From Amphiscolops sp. MND2022 (Eukaryota), in assembly GCA_964187785.1 (NCBI GenBank), contig OZ076420.1:15934001-15998000 (forward strand): a stretch of 64,000 bases of DNA, given 5' to 3'. The position numbers were made by a program, and so were the translations under genes. Of this stretch, positions 49,854 to 63,180 are shown piece by piece. Each line of letters starts with the position of its first letter. Within the stretch, counting starts at the first letter, position 1. The notes below the pieces were generated by a model that was not told where the DNA came from, searched no databases, and was given only the letters and a program-made list of their open reading frames with translations.

Positions 49854-52800
49854 ATAGTCAATGAAGACAATTTATTCAGTAAGTTCAAAAATTGTACCAA
49901 CTACTTTAGCCACGTGAGATTGGCAAGTAATTCAAGTCAAGTAGTCTAGAATTTGATCTTGGGACCAGTTGAGTCAAGCTGACGCAAGACATTATAGGTC
50001 CCGATTTGCCGAAAGAATCAGGAACAGCCAAGAACAACCAATGAAGATGCATCACAATGGAAGACTGCCCACAATCAGCGGACCAACAATTGCAACTGAA
50101 TGAACAGAACATACAAACCGAGAGAAAGCTGAAAGTGCATGTGAGAAAGGAGGTACAGAAACGTTAAACATTTCGACGATGAGAAGACGATCTAAACTGA
50201 AAATTGACTAAAAAAACTGTTTTTTTAGAACCATTCCTTTACAACTAAAATCATCGGACCGAAAGTACTTATATGCTTGAAAAGGGTACATATGGCACAT
50301 CACGAGACTTGTGTGGCCCAGTGAGACTAAATGCACAACATTTCGACAATGAGAAGACGATCTAAACTGAAAATTGACTAAAAAAACTGTTTTTTTTAGA
50401 ACCATTCCTTTACAACTAAAATCATCGGACCGAAAGTACTTATATGCTTGAAAAGGGTACATATGGCACATCACGAGACTTGTGTGGCCCAGTGAGACTA
50501 AATGCACAACATTTCGACGACGAGAAAACGATCAAAACTGAAATATACCTACAAAACCTGTTTTTTGGGTACCATTTCTGAAATACTGAGATCAACGGAC
50601 CGAAAGTCTTTATATGGTTGAAAACGGTACATATGGCACATCTGTGTACTAAAAGTGCAAATTTGGTAATCCGTCAAACACGAAAATACGTACACATCAT
50701 CTTAAAAACGTATAGGGCTCAAATTTTTGGCTAAAACGGAGTATGACTAGACCCAACAGTAACGTTGTAGGCATTTTCAAGCTTTCCGAGTGAAAAACTA
50801 ACTCAAACATAGCGAGTTTAGGTACTAAAAGTAGTTTTTTTTGGTAATCTGTCAAACTCGACACAGAGGCGAAGCCGTGCTTCGCAAACACTTGCAAAAA
50901 AGTTGGGAACTTTTGAAGAAAACCAAATAAGCAATATCATACGGAGAACCAAGGGTAAAAGGACATTGTTACAATTTTACAGCGCCAAAAAAAACCACGG
51001 GGATACGCATAAATCTCGAAAACCATTCCTCCCCAACTGGAAACAGCAAAAAACCCATCATTTTCAACCGAATACCTTTCAAAAATTAGAAAATTGAGGA
51101 AATTTTTTTCGACATTTTTCGGAAAAAATTTTTGGTCTCCGGTAAGTCGCATAGTGCCGAAAACCTTGAGCAGTCGTTTATGCTCGCAAAACGTTTCGTT
51201 TCTAGTAAAAATTGAGGGGGGCTTTGATGGAAACAAATTAGACAAAAAGAAAAAACACCGGTCTTTACAAAAAAACAAAAATTGGATATAGAGTGTTGGG
51301 CCTGAGAAAACCTACATTTAAGACAAAAGTTATTCATTTTCAAAAATCTCACAATGCCGAAAACTGTAAAAGGGGGCTCTTTGAGATTTTTAAACATCCA
51401 TTCTTTTGCGAAATTTGAAAAAAAATTGAAGGGGGACCCTTTGGAGACTTTGAAAAATTTTCAAAAAAACAAAAAAATGAAAATTTTTAACATCATCGTT
51501 CTGTTGCACATAAACAAAAAAATTGAAGGGAGGAACCTCTGGGGACATTTAAAAATTTTCGAAAATAAGTCTCAAAAAGCCGAAAAGGGGGGGGGAGACT
51601 CCCCAGTCTTATTGTCGAAAAAAGTGAGAATCTTCTGCTTAAAAAAATGTTAAAAAATTAGCGCATAGGCACGGGTTCGAACCCGGACCCTCTGGGTTGA
51701 AAAGCAAGCATCTTACCGCTAGACCAAAAAAGTCTGAATTATGCGACTTGCGGTCTGAAATGAGAGAGTTGTCGCGCGGAAAAAAACTTGCACTTTCCCA
51801 TAACACTTGCTTATCGCAAGTGTAAAAAGACGTACACATCACATTTAAAACGTATAGGGATCAAAGTTTTGGCTATAGCCGAGTATAAATAGGCCCAACA
51901 GTAGTGTTTTAGGCAATTTCAAGCTTCCCGAGTGAAAAACTTACTCAAACATAGCGAATTTTGGTAATAAAAGTGTAGTTTTTTTTGGTGACCTGTCAAA
52001 CTCTAAAAGACATACACATCAACTGAAAGTCTGGCTGATGCACTCACAACAGCCGTCAACGTTTTTACTTTCAAAGAAAAAATAAAACTTACAAAATCAA
52101 ATAAACCTTGGTTTGACAAAGATCTAAAGAAAAGCATAATCCGACGAAATTTCGCGTTTAACAGATACAAGCGATATCGCACTCCGTCTAACAAAACTAA
52201 ATACACAACATCGATTCAAACCACACATACACCTTACGCACACAACTTCACAACTGAGTTGAATCAGTGTTAGTTGGTTCGAACTAGGGCAATGGGGTGG
52301 TGATCTGATGTTCACATACATATCACAACACAACACGCCACAACACAGTTCTGATCATCAACTCAAGAGATAGAGTTAATAGAGTAGTAGCAGTATGAGT
52401 TAGGTTAGTCACTACCACATTTCAGCTCAGCTGAGCATTCTCGTTCGTTTTTCATTTGTCGACACTTTTCGCGGAATATGCATGTGCAAAATTAAACTCG
52501 GATGGATTTTCAGTAGTTTATTTTGAAATAGATATCTAAACTCTTGCTAAAGTGGGAATATCTTTTAGATAACTTGATGTTCCTCAATCTTGTGAAGCCA
52601 CAAGGAAGTTTAGTGACTGTTAACTGGGATGGCCAATTTGTTTCCGAAGACAATTATATTACTAACTATTGCTTTTCTGCAATTTTTAAAAAAGTTTGAA
52701 TCTAAGCAGTTCTTCTACAGCGGTCAATACCTCACCGTTTGACAACTAAGCTTTCAAACTAAGCAGTTCTTCTACAGCGGTCAAAACTTCTTCTTCTTCT

Positions 52801-53085
52801 TATGGTAGTCAACCCGACGGGGTTCCCATCTGTTGTCCACAGCTCCTGAGATGTCTTCGGAGGTTTGTTGCAGCCTGCGGTACTTTACAAGAAGGGCATC
52901 GGTCAATACCTCACAGGAAAACAAAACTTCGTCATGTGCAATACTTTTATTACACGTATTACACTACGACTGTCATACTACGACAAAATACTATATACAA
53001 TAGTACCAAAATATTCATAATTGATTCATGAAAAAAATATTCATAATATTCATAAAATGAAAAACAGGGAATACAATCAATGTTT

Positions 53086-53126
53086 ATTCTGAGCGCTTTC
53101 GCACAATATGTGCATCATTAGAGAAT
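53086..53126 (-). ncRNA. Hammerhead motif with mutated core (unit 4, minus; CUAAUGA)
   Basis: Plus strand CATCATTAG instead of CATCATCAG, i.e. G5 to A in the CUGAUGA box. Confidence 0.6.
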
Positions 53127-53646
53127 CATATAACCTGAAATGGTCGTCATCATTGCAAACCAGTTAAAACATAAATAAACAAACAACATAAAAAAGCAAC
53201 AGAAATAGAACATTACTATGTACTAATCTCGCCGATTTAAACCGGAACAGAGAAAAGTGTCGATCACAACTTCAGGGTGAGCTGCTGCTGCCTGTATTCT
53301 TCGCGTTGGTTCAACTTCGGTTGTCTTCTTGCGATATACAGGGTGTTGCGTAACAAATAAAATCTGAATGAAAAGCATGAGTCAGTTTTTGATGTAGTAA
53401 AACAAACAAAGGTTGCTTTTTAAAATTGTTCCCGCAAACTGAGAATTGGTGAATGGATTTTTCGGCCAAACAATACAAAAAAGGGTTTGCTATCTTGAAA
53501 CCTGATATATACATTGTTGATTGTATTATTGACTACTCCCTTTCTTCTTGTTACGAACTGTATTAACCAATCGAATTTACAGTTTCTTTACAGGGCCTCA
53601 AGTGTTAGTAATCATTTCAATGATGACGACCATTTCAGGTTATATG

Positions 53647-53687
53647 ATTCTCTGATGATGCACATATTGTGCGAAAGCGCTCAGAAT
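53647..53687 (+). ncRNA. Minimal hammerhead motif (unit 4, plus)
   Basis: Identical to unit 1. Confidence 0.75.
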
Positions 53688-53799
53688 AAACATTGATTGT
53701 ATTCCCTGTTTTTCATTCTGCGGGTATCAATGTTACTACCAACATCACTTTGGAGGAAGATATTACTGCAAAGAGACATTTGGAATATTCATAAAAGAT

Positions 53800-56113
53800 T
53801 CATAAATGAGGAAGCGATGGAAGCGAGTCCATTATTGAGGCTCGTTTGGCGGCATCCAGTGGTCGGTAGACATGAATGATCCTAAACATAAAATTGACGT
53901 TTTGTTAATATCCGATCGCTCTATGCCACTTAAAATACATTTTTGAAACATTTTGATGCATTTCTGAAAAACTTCAGATTAAATATATACGGGAGCAAAA
54001 TATTGTTTTTGAAATAAAAAGCGCATTTCGTTGTAATTTTCGACAGAAAGTTAGACGCGAACGTTACTTACACGCTCCGGACCATGAACCATGCAATGAC
54101 CATTGCATCCACTGAAAACTTTCGCTCGTTTTCGATCGCGAAAGCTTGCAAGAATAAGCCTTTCAAAGTGGCTTTTTCAGCATCATCGTTCAAAGTTTGA
54201 AGACTGCTGTGACTCTCGCGAAGTTGTTGCAGCCGCGAAAATCTGGCGAACTGAATTTGGTACACAGGTTTCTTCTTCAGTTGCCGCGATTGTGAACTAA
54301 ATAGAAAACAGCAAATGATGACCCATAAACTGCGCTTCATTAATAAAAACACTTTGGAACTGTCAGAATCGGGTAAATTATGTGATTTGTCACTTACATA
54401 TTGAATCCTTCGATGTGGTCTCCCTCCCCGACCAGCTGTAAGAGCTCTGCCAACAAATCCCGTGCAAGGGGTAGTTTGCAAGTCCTCTTGTCCGGACTTT
54501 TCTGAAGGATTAGTGCCTTCCACAGATTCACCCCCCAAGCAAATTCCTCGTCAGCAACTGATTGCATGGGTGGAAGAACGGGTGCACAGCTGGAAGAACT
54601 GGTAGCAGAGGTACTGGTGGCAACCTAAACATAAAATATCTATATCAACAAAATTGAAAACACGCAGATTTTCTGTATTCGGTGCAATATATATTCTGTA
54701 TTCAGATATTCAGATATTCTGCAATATCTGTATTCGGTGCAGAGTGGCGGCAGAAATCGGATATCAACAAATTGACAGTTGACCCCATGGATGGCTGGGC
54801 AGTGGGCACTTTTACTTACATTTGTGTTGATCTCGATACTGTACTGGACTTGTGGACTGGTACTAGTATTAGCAAATTCCTCGTCAGCAACTGATTGCAG
54901 GGGTGGAAGAACGGGTTCACATGTCGAAGAACTGGTAGAGGTACAGATGTCAACCTAAACATAAAATATCTATAACAAAATTGAAACCACGCAGATTTCC
55001 ATTTTCTGTATTCGCTGTATTCGGCGAAGAAGGCTGTTTTTTAATTTTCAGAAAATGACGGCCAGCTTCTTGTTTTTTGAACGCAGAGTGGCGGTCTAAA
55101 TCGGATATCAACAAATTATTTTATTGAAATTTTACTTCGCTGGCTCTGAAGGCAAGGTGTTTTTCCAAGTCCCTCTGATAATCGTCCGGGGTCAACAATC
55201 GGGCCTTGTAGACAATCGTAACACCAGCTTCTGTCCAAGGTATTAGAACATGGTCGTTTCCACACACGTTGTTAATTTCGCTGAGCCGCCGCATTCCAGT
55301 GGTATCGACCATCTCGTGAAGGGCAAACATCCCCGGATCGCCCGCACACGTCTCTGACAAATCCTCAGTGTATCTGATGATCAAATTCACAGTCTTTTTC
55401 TTGGGGCTCTAAACATATATCATTGATAGTATGATATCCAACAAAATCGAACATTAATCACTCAGATTTCCCTTTTCTGTATTCGGCGAAGAAGGCTGTT
55501 TTTTAATTTTCAGATGCTGACGCCCAGCTTCTTGTTTTTCGAAAGAAGAGTTGCGGTAGAAATCAACATCAACATTATTTTATTGAAATTTTCGGATACG
55601 ACAGAGTACCGACAAAAACATACGTGACTTGGAAAAGGAATGTCAAAGAAAACGTACCTCAAGAAAGAGCACAACGTTCGTGAAAGATGGCATTCCATCA
55701 GTCACACTCGTTTCCCTGACGTACAGGGGTCGTTTTGCTGGATAAGCCGACAACGAGAAAGCACCAGCTGGGACGTCCATTGGAACTGCGACCATTTTGA
55801 CAAGATGATTCTGAAAAGACGGTGAATTATGAAAGAACGATGAAAATAGGCGAATATGAAAATCGGTGAATATGAATCAGGGACTGGAAATTATTAATTG
55901 CACTTATAATTTTCTAAAAAACGAAAAAAAAATAATTAATTTTAATTGTAAATTCCTTCCAATTAATTGCAACAATTGTAAATTCAGAACAAATCACTCA
56001 TCATCAATTATGGCTTTTGCAGTATCAACTGACCACAATTCAGAATTAGCATACAAAAACAATTGCTCTTCAAAATGCAAAGGTGACAAGTTCTCCCGAT
56101 ATTCTGGATCCAT
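53800..56113 (-). CDS. Orphan gene, copy 4
   Basis: Same exon structure at about +32231; small intronic insertion near 55826. Confidence 0.78.
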
Positions 56114-56459
56114 CTTTGGAAATTGTAGGATAATTGAGAACGTAGTCGCATGAAATGTTGAATTATCCAATAAATTGATTTCGAATTTTTCACAATTGAA
56201 TAATTTATATTGCAAATCGAAAAACATCACAACCTTGCCTTTGTCGGTCTGCCTTTGTCGGTCTGCCTTTGTCGGTCTGCCTTTGTCGGTCTGCCCTAAT
56301 CGGCCTTTGCGTGGCTGCTCTCAAAGCTTGTTCTTCTGTGATGTCTTGTGATGTCTTGTGATGAGGCCTTGATGACAGCGTACACAAAGAACGATCAATT
56401 ACTTGAACCAGCCATGAAAACTGTCATCCTCCCGTCAGTCACGTCAGATCTCGGAAAAA

Positions 56460-59400
56460 TTGCTCAATGACATCCCAGTCTCTAAACACAAGCGCGAAGA
56501 GATAGCAAGGCAGAACGATGTAGCAATGCGACTCGCTAGGCAGAAGCAAGAGTTGGAATTTGAATTGCTTCACGAAGAAAATCGTAAACAACTAGCAGAA
56601 GCACATCTTGTGGAATTGGAACTTACAGAAGATCTCTCAGAAACAAACGCAGACTTTCAGGAATTCTTGTCACGCCTAAGCGGAGCGGGTGTAGCTGACG
56701 GGACGCGAAGGATTAAGGACTGGGTTGACAGTTCACCAACTGCAATTGATGTTGTCAATCTAACCGATGTAGTGAACTCTGTCGCCTCCACAACCCCAAT
56801 AACGACAACTTCGACTGCGGAAGCACTTGTGCCAGAACCAATGCGAAAGCCGGCGCCAGCAATTTCAATTGAGCCAACAAGTGTACACTCCTTTCCCAAC
56901 GTCCTTCAGCGAAAAAGTGCAAATGGTGCAACACCAACCCCACCGATGATTGTCGTGCAACAACCACAACCGACCATGAAGGTAACACAAGCAAGTACCG
57001 TCAACGCACCAGTCATAACACAATCTTTGCCAAAATTTACACGTACGTACGCGATGCCGACTAACCATCCCCTGCCAAATACGACATCCTGGACCTTTCC
57101 CATCCGACCAGTTCAGCTGTTGACCTAAGTACCAACAGTTGTTTTACCCTACCACCGAATTAACTGACACTGGCAACGAGCAAACCAATTGCTCAGTCCC
57201 CGGATTGTACTGTTCCGACCATACCCGTAACGAAGGGAGGCACCGTCTACTGTGTACAACCAACTACTACATGTACCTCTGCTATACCGTTTGCAACCAC
57301 GCCACCTGCAGCATCCCTCCGTCCAACGACAGCTACATTTATACCAACTGCAATGTCCACTTTGCCGCAACCAAGTACAAACGGCTTCTCCGTACAAGAC
57401 TTAGCGTCAACCAGGAAGGACCACCTACCCGAATGCCAGTTGCACAGTACAGTGGCTACCCAAAGCAGTGGCATGAGTGGTTCGGTTGACCGACGATGTG
57501 AAATTGACGTACTTAAAAACTCTTGTGACAGGCAAAACCGAAACCGCTATCGCGGAATTCTCCTACTGCGGTGCGATGTACAAAGATGCTCTCAAGACCT
57601 TGGAACGAAAGTGCGGGCAATCACAGGCTGTTGTATCCGATAAGTGTTCCGGTAACTCAATTACCTTCAAGACCTCTGCAGCGCTTCATTGCTTGGCCAG
57701 GCACTGCAGACAATTCCACCCAATATGAAAGAGGCATGGTCACTACACACTATGGAGCCAGCATTGGATAGACCAACATTGATCGATTTCAACGAATGGC
57801 CCTTGGACAAGGCGGAAGCCCACGAGCGTATGAAATCAACGTCTTCTAATGTGAATCCTTAAACTCTAGGCAATGTGAACGTTGTCAAAACCAAGACAGC
57901 ATCAAAACCATTCGCTGTCACAACTTCGTCACATCGACAAACCAGCTTTTCGATAGCAAAACCTAAAATCTACTCTCAAAGTGTGCCGCGTGCGCAGAAG
58001 ATCACCCACTTTGGAAACGCCTGACTTTCGGAAAAAAAGACACCGACAGAGAGAGCAAAACTGGTAACTCAAACTAAATTGTACTTTTCAGTTATTAGGC
58101 CAGTTCACTCGCTCAGACAGTACCCGCAACCCCGCAAGTGTACTAAAGAAGGATGTGGAAGTACACACAACACATTCTTACACGATCGGAAAAAGTCTTC
58201 AAGAAGCAATCACAGTCCGGGAACCAAGCAGACACTAAAACATCTGACTGCATTGGGATCACTATTACCTGTGGACAATCAGTTGAAAGCTCAATTCTAC
58301 CTTCCGTGACTGACGTCAAAGGCTTGATAGCGGTGACTGAAATTGAATTGCCATCATCAGATAAGTCTGAGAAAACGTTTGCACTCTGTGATTCGGCTTC
58401 GTAGCCACTCCGGGGTCTCTTTTAAACTAGCAAAAAGATTGAATGTTCACGGCCGACCAACCAAGCTAACGGTCCACGGTATCAACTCGAACCAACTCAT
58501 AGAAATGCACATGGTGGAGCTCAAGTTGACACCTGTTCTTTCGGGTGACTCGTGATTGCCGTTCACTGACGACTTAATGTCAGGAAAAATCTTAACGAGG
58601 GAACCGACGTTATTGATGTCGATTCTTTGAAAACAAAGTACCCTGACCTCGAACCGATCTCTTTGACACAATACAGTCACGCTGACGTGGAAATGATCCT
58701 CGGTCAGGATGTGTTCAGCTTAATACGCCCACTGGAGAATCTTGATGCCAACCGTGAGAACACCCCAGTTGCCGTCGTCTTACCGTTGGGCTGGGTATTG
58801 AGTGATCCACGTCCATCGTCCTCAAGTTTCGTTTCTACCTGTCTTCAAACTGTTGCCTGTAACCAAAGTCTCGACACCGAACTAGTCGACCAAACCTGCA
58901 GCTGGTACGATATGGTGTCGTACGGAGGGTATAAACAAAAAGACTCCCTTTCCGCATCCGATGCGAGAGCGACCAGGTTACTTGAAGAAACAACCCACCA
59001 CGATGGTTACCGATACCAAGTGGGAAAACCGATGAAGTAGAGTTGAAATCATTAGAACGGCGTCTCAGTAAAGAACCCGGACTAAAACAACATTACTACA
59101 AAACTATCCAAGACGACTTGGCAAAGGGTTATATTGTTCCAATCGACAAATTTGAATGTTTCAAAGTGGACAACAACGACGAGTGGTACTTGCCGCACCA
59201 CCCCGTAGTTCACCTGCATCGAGCCGCCAAAGTTCGAAGAGTGCTCATTGGAGCTTCAAAGTTCCAAGGTCATTCTCTGAATAATGGATTTCTAACCGGT
59301 CCCGACTTGTTACAGAGTCTGATCCACATACTTCTTCGGTTTCGCCAGCACAAGTATGTTGTGTCTGCCGACATCGAAGGACTGTTCCGCCAAATTTGGG

Positions 59401-61885
59401 TCATTCAAAAAGACCAACTATCACCTCGTTTTCTTTGGCGCGAAGATCCTGCCTCCCAAATTGCTGTGTACCAGTTTTTTTCGGCATAAAATTGGATCAA
59501 AAGACTCTCCCACCTGTGCGAACTATGCACTAAAACGCACTGCGACAGACAACCAGACCGACTACCCCGGAGCAGCCGAGAGTGTCCATCGTAACTTCTA
59601 AATGGACGACTACCTAGAATCGAGCTCCACGATTGGAGAAGCAGCCAAGAAAGCGAAAGCTTTGGTTAAACTACTCGAAAGAGGCAGATCCAGGTTAACA
59701 AAGTTCGTATCCAATGTTCCTGAAATCCCTAATGACCTCGAACCTACTTGTAAACCATCGTCGACCGCGGTAAAGATCATACCGAAGACCGGAGATTCTT
59801 CCCATGTTTTGGGAATGAAATGGAACCACTTGTCAGACAGTCTCGTAGTTAGTCGCGGGACAAGTACGGACATCAATCGAACTTTAGCACAAAAGATCAT
59901 CCTAAGCCTTGTGCCCGCTGTGTATGACCCGATAGGCCTCGTCGCACCCTACACAGTGTCGGCACGGATATTGCTGAAAGATATCCGGCGACTACATGGT
60001 CAACAGTGGGACGACAACCTGCCCGGGGAAACAGTAACCAAGTTTAACGAATGGAGCAAAGATCTAGCGAAACTGAGTCAAATCGAAATCCCGCGCAGCT
60101 ACTTCGAGGGACCATTCACAGCGTTGGAACTGCACATGTTCGGCGACAGTTTGCAAGACATCTTCACCCCAGTTGCCTTTCTTCAAGCAAAAGTGACAAC
60201 CCAACATACATGGAAGCCGTACCGAATTAGCCTTCGTCTTCGGAAAAGCCAGAGTGGCTCCAATGAGAGCTGTTACCATTCCAAAACTCGAGTTGCAAGC
60301 TTCATTACTTGCCTCGCGCCTCCGGAAAGATATCCAAAGCGCACTTACTCTCCGAATCTAAAAAACTTTTATGTAGACGGACAGCACAACTGTCCTTCAA
60401 TGGCTTCATTCAGTCGAAAAACAACCTGTTTTCATTGCCAACAGTGTGGCCGAGATTTTAGATCAGACAACAGTCGACGAATGGAATTATGTCCAAACAT
60501 GCGACAACCCCGCGGATGCCGGTACAAGTGGACTACCAGCCAGCGCCCTCTGCGACAGCCCCTGAACACCGACTTTCCATTCCAGACGTCAAACGAGATC
60601 CAGCTAAGACTAAAAGGCAACAAAGCAGATGCTAAAACATCGGATCAAGTAGACATTGAGACAACCGCAATGGCAGCTGTGACCACGACAATTTCAATTT
60701 TCGAGTGGCCAAAGTACATCTCGTTCGAGAAATTTAATTTTTGCGCATAGTGGCTTACTTGTTGCGCCTCGTCCTTCAAAACGAAACGTTCCGCTCCACG
60801 ACAGGAACAATTACCGACCCTATAGAACTCACTAACGCGCAACAGAAACTCTTATTTGGCCCAAGAAGAGTTTTTTCCCAATGGAGAAGAAGAGTTTGCT
60901 CGATCAAGCACCAATTAGCATCTCATTCAAACTACGTCAATTTACCCCTTTCGTCGGACCAAAAGGCTTGCTGCGAGCTACACGTAGAACTAAACAACTC
61001 GCTGCCTCCAACTTCGATGCAAAACAACCTGTTCTACTAGAGAGCCGACATCCCGTCGTCAGACTTTATAAAAAACACCTCCACGAGATAAAATGTCATC
61101 TGGGCGTGGACTAAACGAAGGCGTTGGTGCCGCAACAGCTAATCATTGTCAAGCTCAGGAGAGCCCTCAGATCAATTGATTTGAAAAGCGTGATATGCCG
61201 TAAACGCGGAGCAAAAACACTCAACCCGACAATGTCTGATCATCCACGGGAACGATTAGCATTCAAAGAACGCCCATTCACTAACACCGGCATCGACTAC
61301 TTTGGAACGTTCCACGTTGTTGTCAAAAGATCGACTGAAAAACGCTGGGGATTCCTTTCTACCTGTTTAACTACGAGGGCGGTTCATTTTTAAGTGTTTT
61401 ATTCTGTGGCACGAGTTGTTGCGTATTGGGAATCGACAGATTCGCAATGCGCCGTGGCATACCGTCTGTCTTGTGGTCGGATAACGGAACAAACTTCGTT
61501 GCCAGTGAAAAAGAACTTTTACTGAATATAACCAACTGGAATCAGGAAGCTCTGTCCGAAGAACTTGCCAAAGGGCGCATTCACTGGAAATTTAACACAC
61601 CCAGTGCCCCGCATCATTGAGAGGTCTGGGAAAGTGTTGTCAGAAGTTTCAAGCACGTCTTCTACGAAATACTGGGTAACCGCTGCCTCACTGATGAGAT
61701 TTTCTCACCTACATTTTGTTCAGTAGAGCAGAGCCTTAATTACCGACCATTTGTACCTCTCAGTTCCGACGCTACCGGATTGGACGCGCTCACCCCAATC
61801 ACTTCCTGATGGGCACGGCGGCTTCCACGTTACCATCACATCAGCAAGCCGAGGTTGACCGCCGAACGCGCTATGTCCCTGCAAG
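56460..61885 (+). mobile_element. Degenerate BEL/Pao retrotransposon, longest copy, continuing through the integrase
   Basis: Past the array end at 60692 it continues with integrase motifs PFTNTGIDYFG, TCLTTRAVH, SDNGTNFV, WKFNTPSAPHH and WESVVRSFK (D-D-E), broken by stops. Confidence 0.93.
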
Positions 61886-62088
61886 TAGTATTGAGGATTG
61901 CGGATATGAGACCAATCTAAAAATTTTTTCAGAAGAATAAAAAAAATAATACTTGACTAAAACTTTTTCATTCATAAAACTTGTTCGCTTCGCTCATTCG
62001 TTTTTTTTTCATTCAAGTTTTGGTTATAATAATTTTTTTTATTTTCATTTTTTTTAGACTGATCTCATATCCGCAATACCCCAATTAT
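61886..62088. mobile_element. MITE-like element with ~35-bp imperfect TIRs truncating the BEL 3' end
   Basis: ATTGAGGATTGCGGATATGAGACCAATCTAAAAA vs TTTTTAGACTGATCTCATATCCGCAATACCCCAAT. Confidence 0.7.
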
Positions 62089-62197
62089 TATTTTTTCGCT
62101 TGATATTGTCAGTGTAATTGTTTTTCGCTCTATTATATTTTTTTCTTTCGAGTAAGTTTCTGTTAATGTATTTTAGCGCTGTAGACTTGAAACTAGA

Positions 62198-63180
62198 ATG
62201 AACTCTCGAACAAAAACTCGAACAACATTCAGACTATCATTCTTTTAATGTATTTTAATTCGCGCGTTTTATTGCTTTCAGCGATGATATTCTTTACATT
62301 CCTCTGTATCCGCACCTAGGCAGGCTCATACTTTTTTTACGCTAAACTGAATAGTCTCTTGAGAAGAAGTTGAACACTTGAATGAGTTTAATTACACCAC
62401 TTAACATGAAACTTTATACAAACTTTTGTTCAGGGAAAACTATGAGGATTTGAATATTCTAGTTTTTGTGGATAGGTTTGTCTTGATGAGAAGATTAAAA
62501 CGAAATGTCGTTGGTTGAATTCGTTTCCATAGAAAATCAGATGTACAATATCATACATAGTTCACTGTAGGTCCAGTAGGATTGTTTATTGCTGCATGTG
62601 TTGTCGCCCCAACAGCATCCACATAAGCAGGTGGGGCTGTTATGCTTCTGCTTCTCAACAATCTTGGAACATTATTGGAATAAGGGTTGGCTCTCTGCCG
62701 TCGCCTTTCAATTCGTATCACACCAATTCCTCTAATTCTTGTCACCTCATTTGACCAATGTTCGTAGTTTCGTTTGTGTTTGTTGAATTCAATCATCTCT
62801 TTAGCACTATCAATTTTGCGGTTCCATTTTAGAATTTCTTGTTCCAACGTTTCAGAATTCCAACTCCCATCCAACATTTGATTAACATCGGGTCAAATAT
62901 AGTTGAGCAACCCAATGTCATGACAAACTTGCCTCTGTAAATCTTGTAATTTGGTGGCAGATTCTTGTTCTCTTCTTTGTGCGGTTGATAAGCTTGTCAT
63001 TTTGTAACGCGCACTTTAATTCAAAAGAATATGTACTCGAACAAAAACACGAACAATAGTTTGATTTTTATTCTACCACGAACATTATTCTTGATTATGT
63101 TCTTCAATTTTTTGACCTTGAGACACTTGAAGAAAAAGTTGAACACTTGATATATTTTGATTACACCACTTATCAAAAAA
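62198..63180. repeat. Diverged direct repeats (~62198-62410 and ~63030-63180) flanking a small ORF
   Basis: Shared blocks CTCGAACAAAAAC-CGAACAA and AAGTTGAACACTTGA...TTACACCACTTA. Confidence 0.65.
62551..63000 (-). pseudogene. Intronless 149-codon ORF interrupted by one in-frame TGA; unknown product
   Basis: ATG at 63000: MTSLSTAQRREQESATKLQDLQRQVCHDIGLLNYI*PDVNQMLDGSWNSETLEQEILKWNRKIDS...; TGA at 62895-62893; coding-like composition in AT-rich surroundings. Confidence 0.45.

Larger units (their letters stand above)
17794..60692. repeat. Tandem segmental duplication: four head-to-tail units (17794-28412, 28413-39205, 39206-49853, 49854-60692)
   Basis: ORF track and sequence recur at 10.6-10.8 kb spacing with scattered differences; the identical junction GACCACGACA-AT-AGTCAATGAAG occurs three times; unique flanks CCAC-AT-AGTCAATG (left) and CACGACA-AT-TTCAATTTT (right). 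Confidence 0.97.

Noticed and set aside
17794-60692. Array as a retrozyme or rolling-circle RNA product
   Set aside because: The unit junction is about 3 kb from the hammerheads and introns are retained, indicating DNA-level duplication.
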